Shown: positions 51,841-61,883, counted from the stretch's first letter. The stretch: 64,000 nucleotides of DNA from Thiotrichaceae bacterium UBA7357 (GCA_002470825.1 DKOR01000014.1:7021-71020); one strand, 5' to 3'. Translations and numbers: made by a program. The notes: generated by a model from the sequence alone, not told the origin.

Positions 51841-52529
51841 GGATTCAGAAATTCGGCACGTGTATGTATATTTTCTTTGAAACAACCTCCCAATGCTGTT
51901 GTACTCGTTTGTGAATTACTATCCTGAACACCACGTGACTTAACACAGTAGTGTGTTGCTTCAAGATTTACTGCGACATTTTCTGTTTCGAGTAGGGTCT
52001 GTAACGCTATCAATATTTGTCTTGTTAGTCGTTCTTGTACTTGAGGTCGTTGCGCAAAAAAGCGAACCACACGATTGATTTTTGAAAGTCCGATTATTTT
52101 TTTATTCGGTATATAAGCGACTTTAGCAGTCCCATCTATAGTGACAAAATGGTGTTCACAGGTACTGGTCAGATCAATGTTTTTAATTTTAATCATCTCA
52201 TCCGCGCCCATCTTATTCTCAATTAATGTGATTTTAGGAAAATTACTATAATTCAAACCTGAGAAAATTTCGTGAATATACATTTTGGCTATACGATGTG
52301 GTGTCTCATTTAAACTATCATCACTTAAGTCAAGACACAGCGTTTCTATAACCTCCTTCATTAGAAATTTTATTTTTTCATATTTTTCTTCTCGAGATAA
52401 GGACGTTTCGATCATAGGAGTTTCTATCCTACTTTCAATCAAGGCATTTCTAACCATTAGAGCTTCGGGGCTTAAAGCAACATCTTCATTTTTGATAGGT
52501 GTTTTAAGGTATACTGGTGTAACGCTCAT
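51837..52529 (-). CDS. folE: GTP cyclohydrolase I
   Basis: [42 protein letters not shown]. Confidence 0.96.
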   Translation of the reverse strand: MSVTPVYLKTPIKNEDVALSPEALMVRNALIESRIETPMIETSLSREEKYEKIKFLMKEVIETLCLDLSDDSLNETPHRIAKMYIHEIFSGLNYSNFPKITLIENKMGADEMIKIKNIDLTSTCEHHFVTIDGTAKVAYIPNKKIIGLSKINRVVRFFAQRPQVQERLTRQILIALQTLLETENVAVNLEATHYCVKSRGVQDSNSQTSTTALGGCFKENIHTRAEFLNP

Positions 52530-52927
52530 GATGCCCTACCCAAGAGTCTTAAACTCGATTTATTTTCAGTATTATATTCAAATGTTATTGATACTGAATC
52601 AGCAAACCTTAATGCATAAGGCTTATCTACCGTAACTCGAGCATTATTCACAGATTGATGTTGACTACATATATCAAGCACATCGGCGACAAGTTTTTCT
52701 AACAATAAAAAACTTCCTTCCTCAACATGTTCTATTACCTTTTTGGTAATATCCCTATAATTTAGAGCATCAGATATTTCATCATCTAGTACAGATTGAG
52801 TTATTGCATAGTTAATTTCTATGTTGATAACAACATCTTGTTTTTTTTCTTTTTCTTCTTGATTGAAACCAATGTAGGTGCGTAATCGAAGATTAGAAAT
52901 GTTAATTATTGCATTTTTTAGGCGCAT
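52526..52927 (-). CDS. folX: Dihydroneopterin triphosphate 2'-epimerase
   Basis: [41 protein letters not shown]; in the folX-folE-folM order. Confidence 0.88.
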   Translation of the reverse strand: MRLKNAIINISNLRLRTYIGFNQEEKEKKQDVVINIEINYAITQSVLDDEISDALNYRDITKKVIEHVEEGSFLLLEKLVADVLDICSQHQSVNNARVTVDKPYALRFADSVSITFEYNTENKSSLRLLGRAS

Positions 52928-53146
52928 TAAGTTTCTCAAGTGTTTTAGATATATTAAACCATACAAAGCATATGTGAAGTCAATATGAAATTAAACCCCA
53001 GATCAAATTATTAGCTAGTGTTGTCTAATACATCAACACCCCCTGATATACAAATGGACGAGAATGACTGTCTCTAGGCATATAAAGTATTATCATTAGA
53101 GCATAGTAAGTGTGTATAAAGATTTAAAATATATCGGAGATATTTC

Positions 53147-53680
53147 ATGCAAAAAATTCTTGTTTTATTCATTTTGTACTTTAGTAATGTGGGAAATATC
53201 TGGGCAGTTTGTCCAGATTACCTAAATGTTGATATGGAAGTGTTGCGTTCGAATAAAATAATTAATATTTGCGAAAACTTTGGCGATAGTCCCATGTTGA
53301 TAGTCAACACCGCAAGTCATTGTGGTTTTACGCCACAGTTTGAGGGAATTGAAAAATTATACAAGCAATATAAAGATCAAGGCCTTGTAGTACTTGGTTT
53401 TCCGAGCAATAGTTTCAAGCAAGAGGCTAAAGCAAAAGAAGAAACGGCTGAAGTCTGTTATGTCAACTACGGTGTATCATTTCAAATGTTTGCAGAAACC
53501 TTTGTACGTGGTAAAAACGCACATCCAATATTTAAAGAATTGGCGCGTCAGTCAAGTCCACCTTCATGGAATTTTAATAAATATCTGATAGATAAGAACG
53601 GTAATGTTATTGACCATTTTGGCAGCACAACTGATCCAAATTCCACTGAAATACATAGACTTATTAAAACTCTACTCTAG
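53147..53680 (+). CDS. Exported glutathione peroxidase (Cys type)
   Basis: Signal peptide; VNTASHCGFTPQ, LGFPSNSF, WNFNKYL. Confidence 0.9.
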   Translation: MQKILVLFILYFSNVGNIWAVCPDYLNVDMEVLRSNKIINICENFGDSPMLIVNTASHCGFTPQFEGIEKLYKQYKDQGLVVLGFPSNSFKQEAKAKEETAEVCYVNYGVSFQMFAETFVRGKNAHPIFKELARQSSPPSWNFNKYLIDKNGNVIDHFGSTTDPNSTEIHRLIKTLL

Positions 53681-53968
53681 AAAAAAAGACTATGACTTCT
53701 AATTACTATCTCAATTAGAGCGCATTGCTTGATGTAGAACAATAATTTAACGGAAGCAGTATCCATTATTGATAGTAGCACTTTGAATGGATTTATCAGA
53801 GGAGTTATCTTTCATATGATTAACAATGATACCAATAAGTTGGCCAATACCCTCACATAGAGAAATACGATCTCAAATTTTTGATTTATAAAAATTAAAG
53901 AGTGTGCATTATCTTTCCGAAAATAATCTTAGTAGAAGTACGCGACTAAAAATTTAGCTCCGGGAGTA

Positions 53969-54523
53969 CTAGTTTTTTGCAGATGAATTTTCACTATTAA
54001 AATATAAGTTCGCTGCAATAATACCAGCAACAAGTCCTGATGCGTGCCCTATCCATGAAATATGTGTTCGAACATCTAGCAAAATAAATAGAAATCCTCC
54101 GTACATAATCATCGCAACCAAACCAAGCAACATAGCTTTGATTGCTTTTGTATTATACGCATCAGTCAGTATAAATGACCAATACCCAAGGATTAATGCA
54201 CTAGCACCAGCATGATAAGCCGGTGAGCCAAATATCCAGGTTCCAATTCCAGACAACAGTATGATAATTAAGGTTGACTCCCAAAAAATAACACTACCTT
54301 TTAGCTGTACTAAAGTGCCTAGGATTAGAAATGGCATAGAGTTACTTATTAAATGCCACCAATTGTGATGTATCCAAGGTGCAGTAATGATGCCTGTTAA
54401 GCCACTAATAGATCGAGGATATATTCCGTGTTGTCCAATCACCGGAAAAAGAAAAAATTGAACAGCATGAATTATCCATAACGCAATTAACACATAAAAG
54501 GCATGTGAGATTATTCGAGACAA
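53969..54523 (-). CDS. Rhomboid-family intramembrane serine protease
   Basis: HLISN, GAS catalytic Ser, SWIGHASG catalytic His; about 6 TM. Confidence 0.85.
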   Translation of the reverse strand: MSRIISHAFYVLIALWIIHAVQFFLFPVIGQHGIYPRSISGLTGIITAPWIHHNWWHLISNSMPFLILGTLVQLKGSVIFWESTLIIILLSGIGTWIFGSPAYHAGASALILGYWSFILTDAYNTKAIKAMLLGLVAMIMYGGFLFILLDVRTHISWIGHASGLVAGIIAANLYFNSENSSAKN

Positions 54524-55635
54524 TTTAAAGCCTTATCCTCACTTACTTTTTGAGAATCGTTGATAAGTGTAATAATTCCAGTTCCGGAGCAAACCTCATC
54601 CGGTAATGGATTCACATTAATACCTTCTGAATTTATAAACGCCATAGGTATACCAGCATCGCCTTTAACAAACTTGCAAATAACATCTGACCAAGTGAGT
54701 TCTGTAAAATTAATATCGAGTCGAACCATATGATCATCATCATGGGTGAACATATTCTCGAGCACTTCTTCTGTGCCTGGCGCCACAATTGCGCGGACAA
54801 TAAGTTCAGGATAAGCTCTTACAGGACGAATGACGGCGATAGCCCCAGCTCTCTTTATACGAGCCCGATTAATATCTTGTGTGACTTCAGCAATTATTGT
54901 TGCTGAAGTACGTATTTCATTGATGCGACTTAGCACATCAAAAGTAAGACTATCAGATAGTGGCTCGTCAGCATCACGTGCAATGAGAATAATATGTTTT
55001 GCTCTATCAACGTTAACTGCGCGCAAGTTATCATTGCTCTCAGCAACGCCATTGTAATGTACAACACCCTTATCACAGAGGTTTGAAGGTAGCCCATTCT
55101 CAAATTTTCGTGTCAAGATCTGTATTGGCATCTCTTGCAATATAGGAGTTGCTCTGACTTGATCAACAAATTTAGTTAGATAGTTAACTGTATCATTATT
55201 AGGCGTATTGATAATAACTATGTGGTTTTTCATCTTCTTCCATCTCCATCGACCAGTGATTTTTGTATCTCTTGTGATTGTGCGATAATCGAAAAATTCT
55301 GCTGCAAGCTGTGCAACTAGTGATATGCCGATTCCATATAAGGTAATGATGGTTACAATGCGTCCTTCTGTTGTTTGAGCTGATAAGTCTCCGTAGCCAA
55401 CCGTAGTGACAGTTGTTATTGATAACCATATGGAATCTTCAAGTGATAGGTCTTCAATATAAGCTATGGCAATACTATGTAATGCAATCAAGAAAAATAA
55501 AATTAAAGCCGTCTTTCCTAATCGAATTAAAAAATCCTTTTCATTATGTCTAGTAAACTTAAGATAGTGCCTTCTCTTCCAGTATGAAGCCTTTATTAAA
55601 TTAAGAATCATCATTACTTTTATCTTTCTTGTCAT
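54511..55635 (-). CDS. Potassium channel (2-TM pore + RCK/TrkA-N domain)
   Basis: TVTTVGYGD selectivity filter followed by a Rossmann-like RCK domain. Confidence 0.9.
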   Translation of the reverse strand: MTRKIKVMMILNLIKASYWKRRHYLKFTRHNEKDFLIRLGKTALILFFLIALHSIAIAYIEDLSLEDSIWLSITTVTTVGYGDLSAQTTEGRIVTIITLYGIGISLVAQLAAEFFDYRTITRDTKITGRWRWKKMKNHIVIINTPNNDTVNYLTKFVDQVRATPILQEMPIQILTRKFENGLPSNLCDKGVVHYNGVAESNDNLRAVNVDRAKHIILIARDADEPLSDSLTFDVLSRINEIRTSATIIAEVTQDINRARIKRAGAIAVIRPVRAYPELIVRAIVAPGTEEVLENMFTHDDDHMVRLDINFTELTWSDVICKFVKGDAGIPMAFINSEGINVNPLPDEVCSGTGIITLINDSQKVSEDKALNCLE

Positions 55636-55933
55636 AGTAATGAAGATTTATTTCAGCGGTAACCCGTTTTTTTATTTCAAGCTCATTTGATTCATCAACC
55701 CCTAAACGCTTAGCGAGAATAGCTATATCTTCAGAGCTTAATGACATGGCCACACGACTACGTTGAATTTTCTTGTAGCTAAGCCCTGTTAATTTTCGAA
55801 CAAGATCGCTAGGCTTGATATTTTCTTCAGCGGCATCAACAATAATCATTTTATTAACGTCCTCCTGAAACTCAAACTGCATTTGAATTTTCTTTAATGC
55901 TTCCGTCTCATGATTCCACTTATCATTTGGCAT
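55601..55933 (-). CDS. Small hypothetical protein of the PspA locus, possibly DNA-binding
   Basis: Overlaps both neighbours; IQMQFEF strand + helices (PSDLVRKL) repeated as RVAMSLS + helices, a ribbon-helix-helix-like pattern. Confidence 0.6.
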   Translation of the reverse strand: MPNDKWNHETEALKKIQMQFEFQEDVNKMIIVDAAEENIKPSDLVRKLTGLSYKKIQRSRVAMSLSSEDIAILAKRLGVDESNELEIKKRVTAEINLHYYDKKDKSNDDS

Positions 55934-56567
55934 TGGGCCACATCTCTAAAATCACATCAGTAGGAACTGACACTCCAAGGAAGACATCGGTTTCACCAGA
56001 GCTCCAAACTTCAACAGAAAGCGAATAGTTTTCATCCTTATTAAGCTCACAAATAAAGCCTCTAAACTCCTCGCATTTATCACTTTGCGTTGATGATGCT
56101 GTAATTTTTTTCACTATTAAGTCATCTTGATAAAAATAACCTTCGACATCTTTTTCAGTTTGAATATAAACACCTTCTTTAGTCCATCCCTCAGGAAGAA
56201 CTGTGATATCTTGTGTTTTGATCTGCGCATAATCATCATCAAAGAGTATTGAAAACTGTTCCAAATCAAATAACGACTCAACCATGGCTCTTTCAATTTT
56301 TATAGAAAAACATAGCAATGGGTCGCCATCATTATCATCCACTAAAAGATAGTATGTTTTATTTTCAGTGGAGCGTAATGTAACTTCTTTTTCTAAACCA
56401 TCATCGTATTGATAGGTACCAACGCTAATCACTTCCAAATCACTGCCTTGCAGTTCAGCAGGAAGAGATGACCTTTCTTTTAAAGTAACAAGGTCTCCAA
56501 CCTGTAATTCATCGGGTTTTGATAAGGTTCTCGTTTCAGTATTTTTTTTTCTATTAAAAAAAGCCAT
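55923..56567 (-). CDS. YjfK/DUF2491-DUF4178-like protein
   Basis: MAFFNRK start, acidic beta-rich body, directly after pspA as in yjfJ-yjfK. Confidence 0.6.
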   Translation of the reverse strand: MAFFNRKKNTETRTLSKPDELQVGDLVTLKERSSLPAELQGSDLEVISVGTYQYDDGLEKEVTLRSTENKTYYLLVDDNDGDPLLCFSIKIERAMVESLFDLEQFSILFDDDYAQIKTQDITVLPEGWTKEGVYIQTEKDVEGYFYQDDLIVKKITASSTQSDKCEEFRGFICELNKDENYSLSVEVWSSGETDVFLGVSVPTDVILEMWPNAK

Positions 56568-56619
56568 CTACTTGAACTCCTTAAGGAAGTATTTTTAATA
56601 CTCCTTTAGTTATGCGACA

Positions 56620-57312
56620 TTATGATTTGTTTTTATTTTTTAATCTTTCAAGGATATCATTGGCACTCGTTTTTTTACCACCAATACCCTCTTCTGATAA
56701 TTTCTTATCCAGGTCACTAGAAGATTCTTCCTCCTCCATCCAATCACCTGCTTTTTGATTATCCTTCCACTCTTGCTGCTTCTTTTTAGCACGCGCTAAT
56801 GAATCTGCAACGCGATTGCCGCTTGATTTAGTCGACGCAAAGTTCTTATTAATACTTGCGGTCGTTTTTTGTAGCTGTTCAACTGTTTTAATTTTTTCAA
56901 GCTCTCGCTTACCTTTTTCAAGATTTGAACTGCGTGTTTTAATCATTTTATTAAGCTGTAGAACCTCTTTTGCCAACGCAGTATGCTCTGTGAAAAGAAT
57001 GTCTTTTTCTGACTCTAAATCAGCTATTTTTTCAGCAACCTGTATCGCAAGATCTTCTTTACCAGCGTCAAGTGCTTCAACCGTTTTTGCTTCATAGTCA
57101 GTAATATCTGTGGTTAAGGAATCAATTTTTCGTTTAAGTCCAATCTCAGTACCTTTCAACTGAGTTAGACTTTGTTTTGCCTTATTTATAGCGTTCGAGT
57201 CATCTCGAATATCTTGCTCGAGAATACGAATTAAGTTCGCATCAACGACAGATTCACCAACTTCACTAACACCGCCTTTTATCGCTTTAAATAAATCTTT
57301 TAATATACTCAT
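56620..57312 (-). CDS. PspA/IM30 (bacterial ESCRT-III) protein, YjfJ-like
   Basis: Amphipathic MSILKDLFKAIKG, ILEQDIRD, long coiled coil, ALDAGKEDLA, C-terminal SANDILERLK. Confidence 0.9.
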   Translation of the reverse strand: MSILKDLFKAIKGGVSEVGESVVDANLIRILEQDIRDDSNAINKAKQSLTQLKGTEIGLKRKIDSLTTDITDYEAKTVEALDAGKEDLAIQVAEKIADLESEKDILFTEHTALAKEVLQLNKMIKTRSSNLEKGKRELEKIKTVEQLQKTTASINKNFASTKSSGNRVADSLARAKKKQQEWKDNQKAGDWMEEEESSSDLDKKLSEEGIGGKKTSANDILERLKNKNKS

Positions 57313-57327
57313 GTGTAAAATTACCTC

Positions 57328-57735
57328 TTATTTAAGTAAGGGTGAGATTGTTTCAAGAACATCAATCGTATTCTCAGCTTGAACTTCAAGCTCATGTGAA
57401 ATGTTCTCAATAGTCGTGTTGACAGACATTGCGCCAAATAGAATGTAGTTATTGTCCTGAAGGCCAACTGAGCTTAATGGCACGGCTGGGCTAACCCTCA
57501 ATAACAATGAATTTAACTCGTTAACTTTTTCTTTAGGAACTTCATCTGCACTAAACAATGGTGTGACAGTAAGAATCTGTTTCTCAGTCATCACTACATG
57601 AATTGAGAACTCATCATTATTAGAGCAAGTCACCTCCAATATTTCATCATCAACGAAAACAGCTTCAAATGTAGTACCTTCGTCAGTGCTCATTTCATTA
57701 AGAATGAGTGATAGTTCTTGTAAATTATTCTGCAT
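57328..57735 (-). CDS. YjfI/DUF2170-family (CesT-like) protein
   Basis: QILTVTPLF, LNSLLL..PLSSVG..YILFGAMS..ELEVQAEN; precedes pspA as yjfI does. Confidence 0.8.
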   Translation of the reverse strand: MQNNLQELSLILNEMSTDEGTTFEAVFVDDEILEVTCSNNDEFSIHVVMTEKQILTVTPLFSADEVPKEKVNELNSLLLRVSPAVPLSSVGLQDNNYILFGAMSVNTTIENISHELEVQAENTIDVLETISPLLK

Positions 57736-57780
57736 TTTAGTTCTCCATTGTTAAGACGATCTTTTGTCCGTTTAATATTA

Positions 57781-57801
57781 TATTGCCATATTATGGCAAT
57801 A
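57781..57801. promoter_or_regulatory. Perfect palindrome upstream of yjfI-pspA, candidate operator
   Basis: TATTGCCATA-T-TATGGCAATA (10-1-10), 45 nt upstream of the yjfI-like ATG. Confidence 0.65.
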
Positions 57802-57848
57802 ATCAAACTATATTTTCTATATAGTACTTTTATGTCTTCTGAATTAAG

Positions 57849-59561
57849 CTAATCAACTAAAAAAGCGCCGTTTTGTAATGACCATGCATTGTGGTGATAA
57901 CGGTATAATATGTGGCTTCCTAGCTCATTGACGCGAATATCCTTAGCTGAATTGTAGAAATCCTGTGAAAACGTGAATGCCGTTTTTATTTGTTCTATCG
58001 AGATCCAAGTGTTTTCAATAGGCAGTTTGTTTATATTATTGATTCTCGTTCTTGCATCAATGCCATGAACTGTACCAATGGTCCATCCCCACTCACCAAA
58101 GGTCGGTACGTTCGCATGATACTGGTCTGTAATGAAGCCTGCATCAGCTAGTGTCCTACCTATAGAAATGAATGCTTTTTTAGCGTGATAAGGTGATGTC
58201 GACTGAATAGCGATTGCTCCATCACCATTCATGAGTGCTTTTAGCCGCGTATAAAAATAGTTTGAATACAACTTATTTAAGTCAGGATGGCTTGGATCAG
58301 GAAGATCAACGATAATGGCATCAAAAAGTTGTTGATTACTTATCATTTTTTCGACTTCTAAGAATGCATCTGCGGCGACCGTTTTTACTCTAGGGTCGAG
58401 GAAAGCGCTCCCATTCAACTTAAGCAATATCTCATTAACCTTTTTAGGCGCATTCTGGTCTTTTCCTGAAAATAGTTCGAGCATTGAAGGGTCAAGATCC
58501 ACTAACGTAACGGAGTTTGGATTCCATTTTAGAATTTCTCTAACCGCCATTCCGTCACCGCCGCCGATTACAAGAACGTTATCCTGTCTCGCGGATGAAA
58601 GAAGTGCTGGGTGAGTCAAGTAATTGTGATAAATAATTTCATCATTGCTTGAGAACTGGAGTCGACCATTAATGTACAGACTGGTGATTGGTTGAATCCC
58701 CTTTCCTACTTTACGTTCTGTTAGTGTCAAGTGCTGATAGGGTGTTATTTTCGTATAAACAACCTTATCTTTAAAGAATGAGGAACCCATTCCTTCAGTG
58801 ATGGTTGTGCTAAAAAACCCTATCGTTATTAACAGTATAGTTAATCCGACATGCGCTAAGAATAATAGTTTTGGCCTATTGAGGTACTTTTGATAACGAA
58901 ACAGAAAAATAAAGCCAATAAATATATTGACTGACGCAGTCCCTACTGCTGAAACAATAATAGGCTGTTTTAAACAAAAAATTACCCATATAGCCGCGCC
59001 CACACCCGCACCAATATAATCTGCACCATAAATAGTGCCTGTATTATGTGTTAAATGTCTTTCATAAATAATTTCACGAATTCGTGCAATCAGTGGTATT
59101 TCCATTCCAATCATGACTCCAAGAAAGAAGCCACAGATGAAAGGTGTGTAGTACACAAAACGCTGTAATAGCTGAATTATGCCTCCATCTGTGGTGATGC
59201 TGCTGTGAAGGCCATAGATTTCTTGTAATTGCTGAGGTAGCGAGTAACTCAAGCTAATAATTCCTGCAACAATTAATATTGATGTCGCACCAAAAAATCC
59301 AATTAATAATTCAAGTACAGTAAACCCAGTAAACGGATCTTTTATGAGTTTTGCTGCAAACGCGCCAATGCCCATGGAAACGATCATTATTCCAATCATG
59401 GAATATATGGCGCTATCTACAGCACCAATGACACGTCCGGCATAGTGAGACAATAGGTATTCATAAATAAGTCCACATGCCGCTAATACTGACATAATTC
59501 CGATAAGCGTTATGTCATGCGATAGCTTTAAGTCTCTTTTATTGCCTAATAAAGCATTCAT
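57849..59561 (-). CDS. speE: Polyamine aminopropyltransferase with N-terminal multi-TM domain
   Basis: ACGLIYEYLL..GMEIPL..DYIGA membrane part; TPYQ, LYINGRLQFSS, VLVIGGGDG, VDLD, IIVDLPDP, VPTFGEWG. Confidence 0.9.
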   Translation of the reverse strand: MNALLGNKRDLKLSHDITLIGIMSVLAACGLIYEYLLSHYAGRVIGAVDSAIYSMIGIMIVSMGIGAFAAKLIKDPFTGFTVLELLIGFFGATSILIVAGIISLSYSLPQQLQEIYGLHSSITTDGGIIQLLQRFVYYTPFICGFFLGVMIGMEIPLIARIREIIYERHLTHNTGTIYGADYIGAGVGAAIWVIFCLKQPIIVSAVGTASVNIFIGFIFLFRYQKYLNRPKLLFLAHVGLTILLITIGFFSTTITEGMGSSFFKDKVVYTKITPYQHLTLTERKVGKGIQPITSLYINGRLQFSSNDEIIYHNYLTHPALLSSARQDNVLVIGGGDGMAVREILKWNPNSVTLVDLDPSMLELFSGKDQNAPKKVNEILLKLNGSAFLDPRVKTVAADAFLEVEKMISNQQLFDAIIVDLPDPSHPDLNKLYSNYFYTRLKALMNGDGAIAIQSTSPYHAKKAFISIGRTLADAGFITDQYHANVPTFGEWGWTIGTVHGIDARTRINNINKLPIENTWISIEQIKTAFTFSQDFYNSAKDIRVNELGSHILYRYHHNAWSLQNGAFLVD

Positions 59562-59583
59562 CTAATCCATTCCACTGGATTCC

Positions 59584-60489
59584 TTAAATAATTGAATCGA
59601 GCATTTCTACTAATGGATTCAATATAATTGCCATTGATATAAAAATTTGAGCTTCAATGAAGGCCACACCAATATTTTTTTGATTATCAACTTCTTCGAT
59701 AACATTGATACCTATGAGAATAAAACGCCTTGCTATCGCTGCAAGAATAGTGATGAAAATAACAATTGCGATGGAAACCAAAAGCCATATTCCTGCTGAT
59801 ATCATTAGAGTGTCAGGCATATAACTCACTAGATGAGAACTTGCGCTTACGCCAAGTGCCGCAGCTATGATATGTCCGGCGTAACGTATAGATAGTGCTG
59901 GATTTCCTACTTTAATTGCATCCTGAAGACGCTCGCCATTGTGTCGTCGCATATAAATTTGTGAACGCATTCTTGTTATCAGTAACAGAATGAACTGAGA
60001 TGCAAAAAAGATAAAAACAACTGACAGTAAACCATCGGCCGACTCAGTTTCAATCCACTTTATAGATGTTGATATAATAATGCCTAAAGACAAATAATTT
60101 GCTGCCTGGACTATGCCTGCTGAAATATTTTCGCTTGAAATTTCATCTTTCAATGAAAATCGATTAAAGATAACGAAATCATTAATCAATTTGCCTGTCC
60201 ATAACAAGACGATACCTGCGAATGCGTATATCAAGACATTGGTGGCTTCAGTCAAAAGATTGTTACTCGGTGTACCGTCAACTGCTGCGGCAATGATCAT
60301 TGCTAACGCTAGTGCACCACCAGCAAAAGCAACTCCATAAGCGAAGTTATCTTTCTTTGATAGCTCGTCACTTGTATTGACCCCTTCTATGAGACCTTTG
60401 ATCCATCGAAAAGCGCTGATTGCTATTACTGATAAAACGAGATCGAGACATATCACGCTGACGACCCATATTAAGTTGTTATCTAACAT
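59584..60489 (-). CDS. DUF350 (YjfL-like) membrane protein, tandem domains
   Basis: Repeated EL..DNFAYG / EI..ENISAG / AI..GNPALS / EV..KNIGVA units between TM helices. Confidence 0.82.
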   Translation of the reverse strand: MLDNNLIWVVSVICLDLVLSVIAISAFRWIKGLIEGVNTSDELSKKDNFAYGVAFAGGALALAMIIAAAVDGTPSNNLLTEATNVLIYAFAGIVLLWTGKLINDFVIFNRFSLKDEISSENISAGIVQAANYLSLGIIISTSIKWIETESADGLLSVVFIFFASQFILLLITRMRSQIYMRRHNGERLQDAIKVGNPALSIRYAGHIIAAALGVSASSHLVSYMPDTLMISAGIWLLVSIAIVIFITILAAIARRFILIGINVIEEVDNQKNIGVAFIEAQIFISMAIILNPLVEMLDSII

Positions 60490-60503
60490 AATTTTCTCCT
60501 GAA

Positions 60504-61463
60504 TTATTTGCCGCGACGACCGCTACGAGAAGTTCTTGACGATGAGTTTCGAGTCGTACTTTGAGAGCTACTCTTTTTATATGCGCTACTAAATTTAGCT
60601 TTTGTGGGCCTTGGTTTTGCTGACGTAGAAGAACCGCCTATTCTCTTTTTAGCGTAAGGACTCGTAAACTTTTTTCCTGATTTTTGGAATTTATTTTTTA
60701 CTGTAGCTTGTGTTGCCCGCTGGTTTTTAAATTGAGAGGGTGAAGTATAATGACTTCTACCATAATCATTATAATAACTGTAGCCACGGTTATTTGACCA
60801 AGAAGAATAATAGATCGGTCGTCCAAAATTACTGAACATCGAATACATCCCATACCATGCCCAAAAAGAGGTGCCGTCATTTCTTCTTTGCCAGTTTCCG
60901 TAATTTGGATTACCTACTAACTGGTTTCCAGTTTCAGAATCAGCAATTCCATTTGCTCTATCACTCGCTTCTTTACTTAATGCTTCTATACGAGGTAGTT
61001 TGCCATTTGATATGTCGGCGATGACATTGATTGGATCTGTGAGCATCATATTGTAGATTGCTGGGTTTGCTGCATCAGATATTAACGCCAACTCTTGAGC
61101 GACATTTTCTGTCGCCAATTTTCCGTTTGCCGGTGCTGACTTAGATAGCGCAAGCGATGTTTTTAATCTATCAGCAAGACCTAAATAAATAGGTCCTCTC
61201 GAGGTTGAATCGAGAGCTAACGCGTTAATAAGTTCAATGAATTCAGTCTCACTATTTTTTACAGTATCGGCATACATTTTTAATATACCTGTGTTTTTAA
61301 CCAGTCCTTTATCGATATGATCTTTTAGTTGAGCAACTGAACGCTGCGCGTTCGTTATGTAGACCTCCAGTTCCTTTGTTAGAAGTTCTTCCTGAGAAGT
61401 GCATCCAGATGTTGATATTATTAATATAATTAACAAGCATAATATGTTAAATTTTTTTTTCAT
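60504..61463 (-). CDS. Lipoprotein with aromatic segment and Ser/Arg/Lys-rich tail ending GK
   Basis: MKKKF..TSGC lipobox; GNPNYGNW..SFWAWYGMY; C-terminus SSSRTSRSGRRGK. Confidence 0.75.
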   Translation of the reverse strand: MKKKFNILCLLIILIISTSGCTSQEELLTKELEVYITNAQRSVAQLKDHIDKGLVKNTGILKMYADTVKNSETEFIELINALALDSTSRGPIYLGLADRLKTSLALSKSAPANGKLATENVAQELALISDAANPAIYNMMLTDPINVIADISNGKLPRIEALSKEASDRANGIADSETGNQLVGNPNYGNWQRRNDGTSFWAWYGMYSMFSNFGRPIYYSSWSNNRGYSYYNDYGRSHYTSPSQFKNQRATQATVKNKFQKSGKKFTSPYAKKRIGGSSTSAKPRPTKAKFSSAYKKSSSQSTTRNSSSRTSRSGRRGK

Positions 61464-61490
61464 AATAACTCCAGTCATGTTACAGTTTCC

Positions 61491-61883
61491 TTATTTTTTA
61501 TTCTTTACACCATAGTTAAAGCTTCCAGCATCACGACTTATCATTTGTATCCTAAAACTATCAGGTTTCATATTCTTAGTGATAACGTGCGCTGCTTTTT
61601 CAGTTTCACAATCACCACACATAAAAACATCGAATGCAGCATAGTTCTTTTCTGGCCAAGTGTGCACTGTAATATGAGATTCAGTGAGTACTAATACACC
61701 TGTTATGCCACATCCTTCTCCGAAATGGTGAAAGTTGGATGACAGCACAGTAGCGTTTGCTGCATGGGCTGCTGAATGAAGTAATTTGAGCATTTCCTGC
61801 TCATCAAAATGTGACACTGCCCCTTTACAATCGATGATTGCGTGCTTACCAGGAGCATACATATTATTTCTTATAATCGACAT
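61491..61883 (-). CDS. speD: S-adenosylmethionine decarboxylase proenzyme (short SpeD/SpeH type)
   Basis: GKH, GITGVLVLTESHITVHTWPE (E-S-H self-cleavage site), DVFMCG. Confidence 0.93.
   Translation of the reverse strand: MSIIRNNMYAPGKHAIIDCKGAVSHFDEQEMLKLLHSAAHAANATVLSSNFHHFGEGCGITGVLVLTESHITVHTWPEKNYAAFDVFMCGDCETEKAAHVITKNMKPDSFRIQMISRDAGSFNYGVKNKK

Noticed and set aside
53147-53680. Selenocysteine glutathione peroxidase
   Set aside because: The active-site codon is TGT (Cys), not TGA
57781-57801. TGGCA within the palindrome as a PspF/sigma54 promoter
   Set aside because: No GC or GT at the -12 position toward yjfI; kept only as an operator candidate
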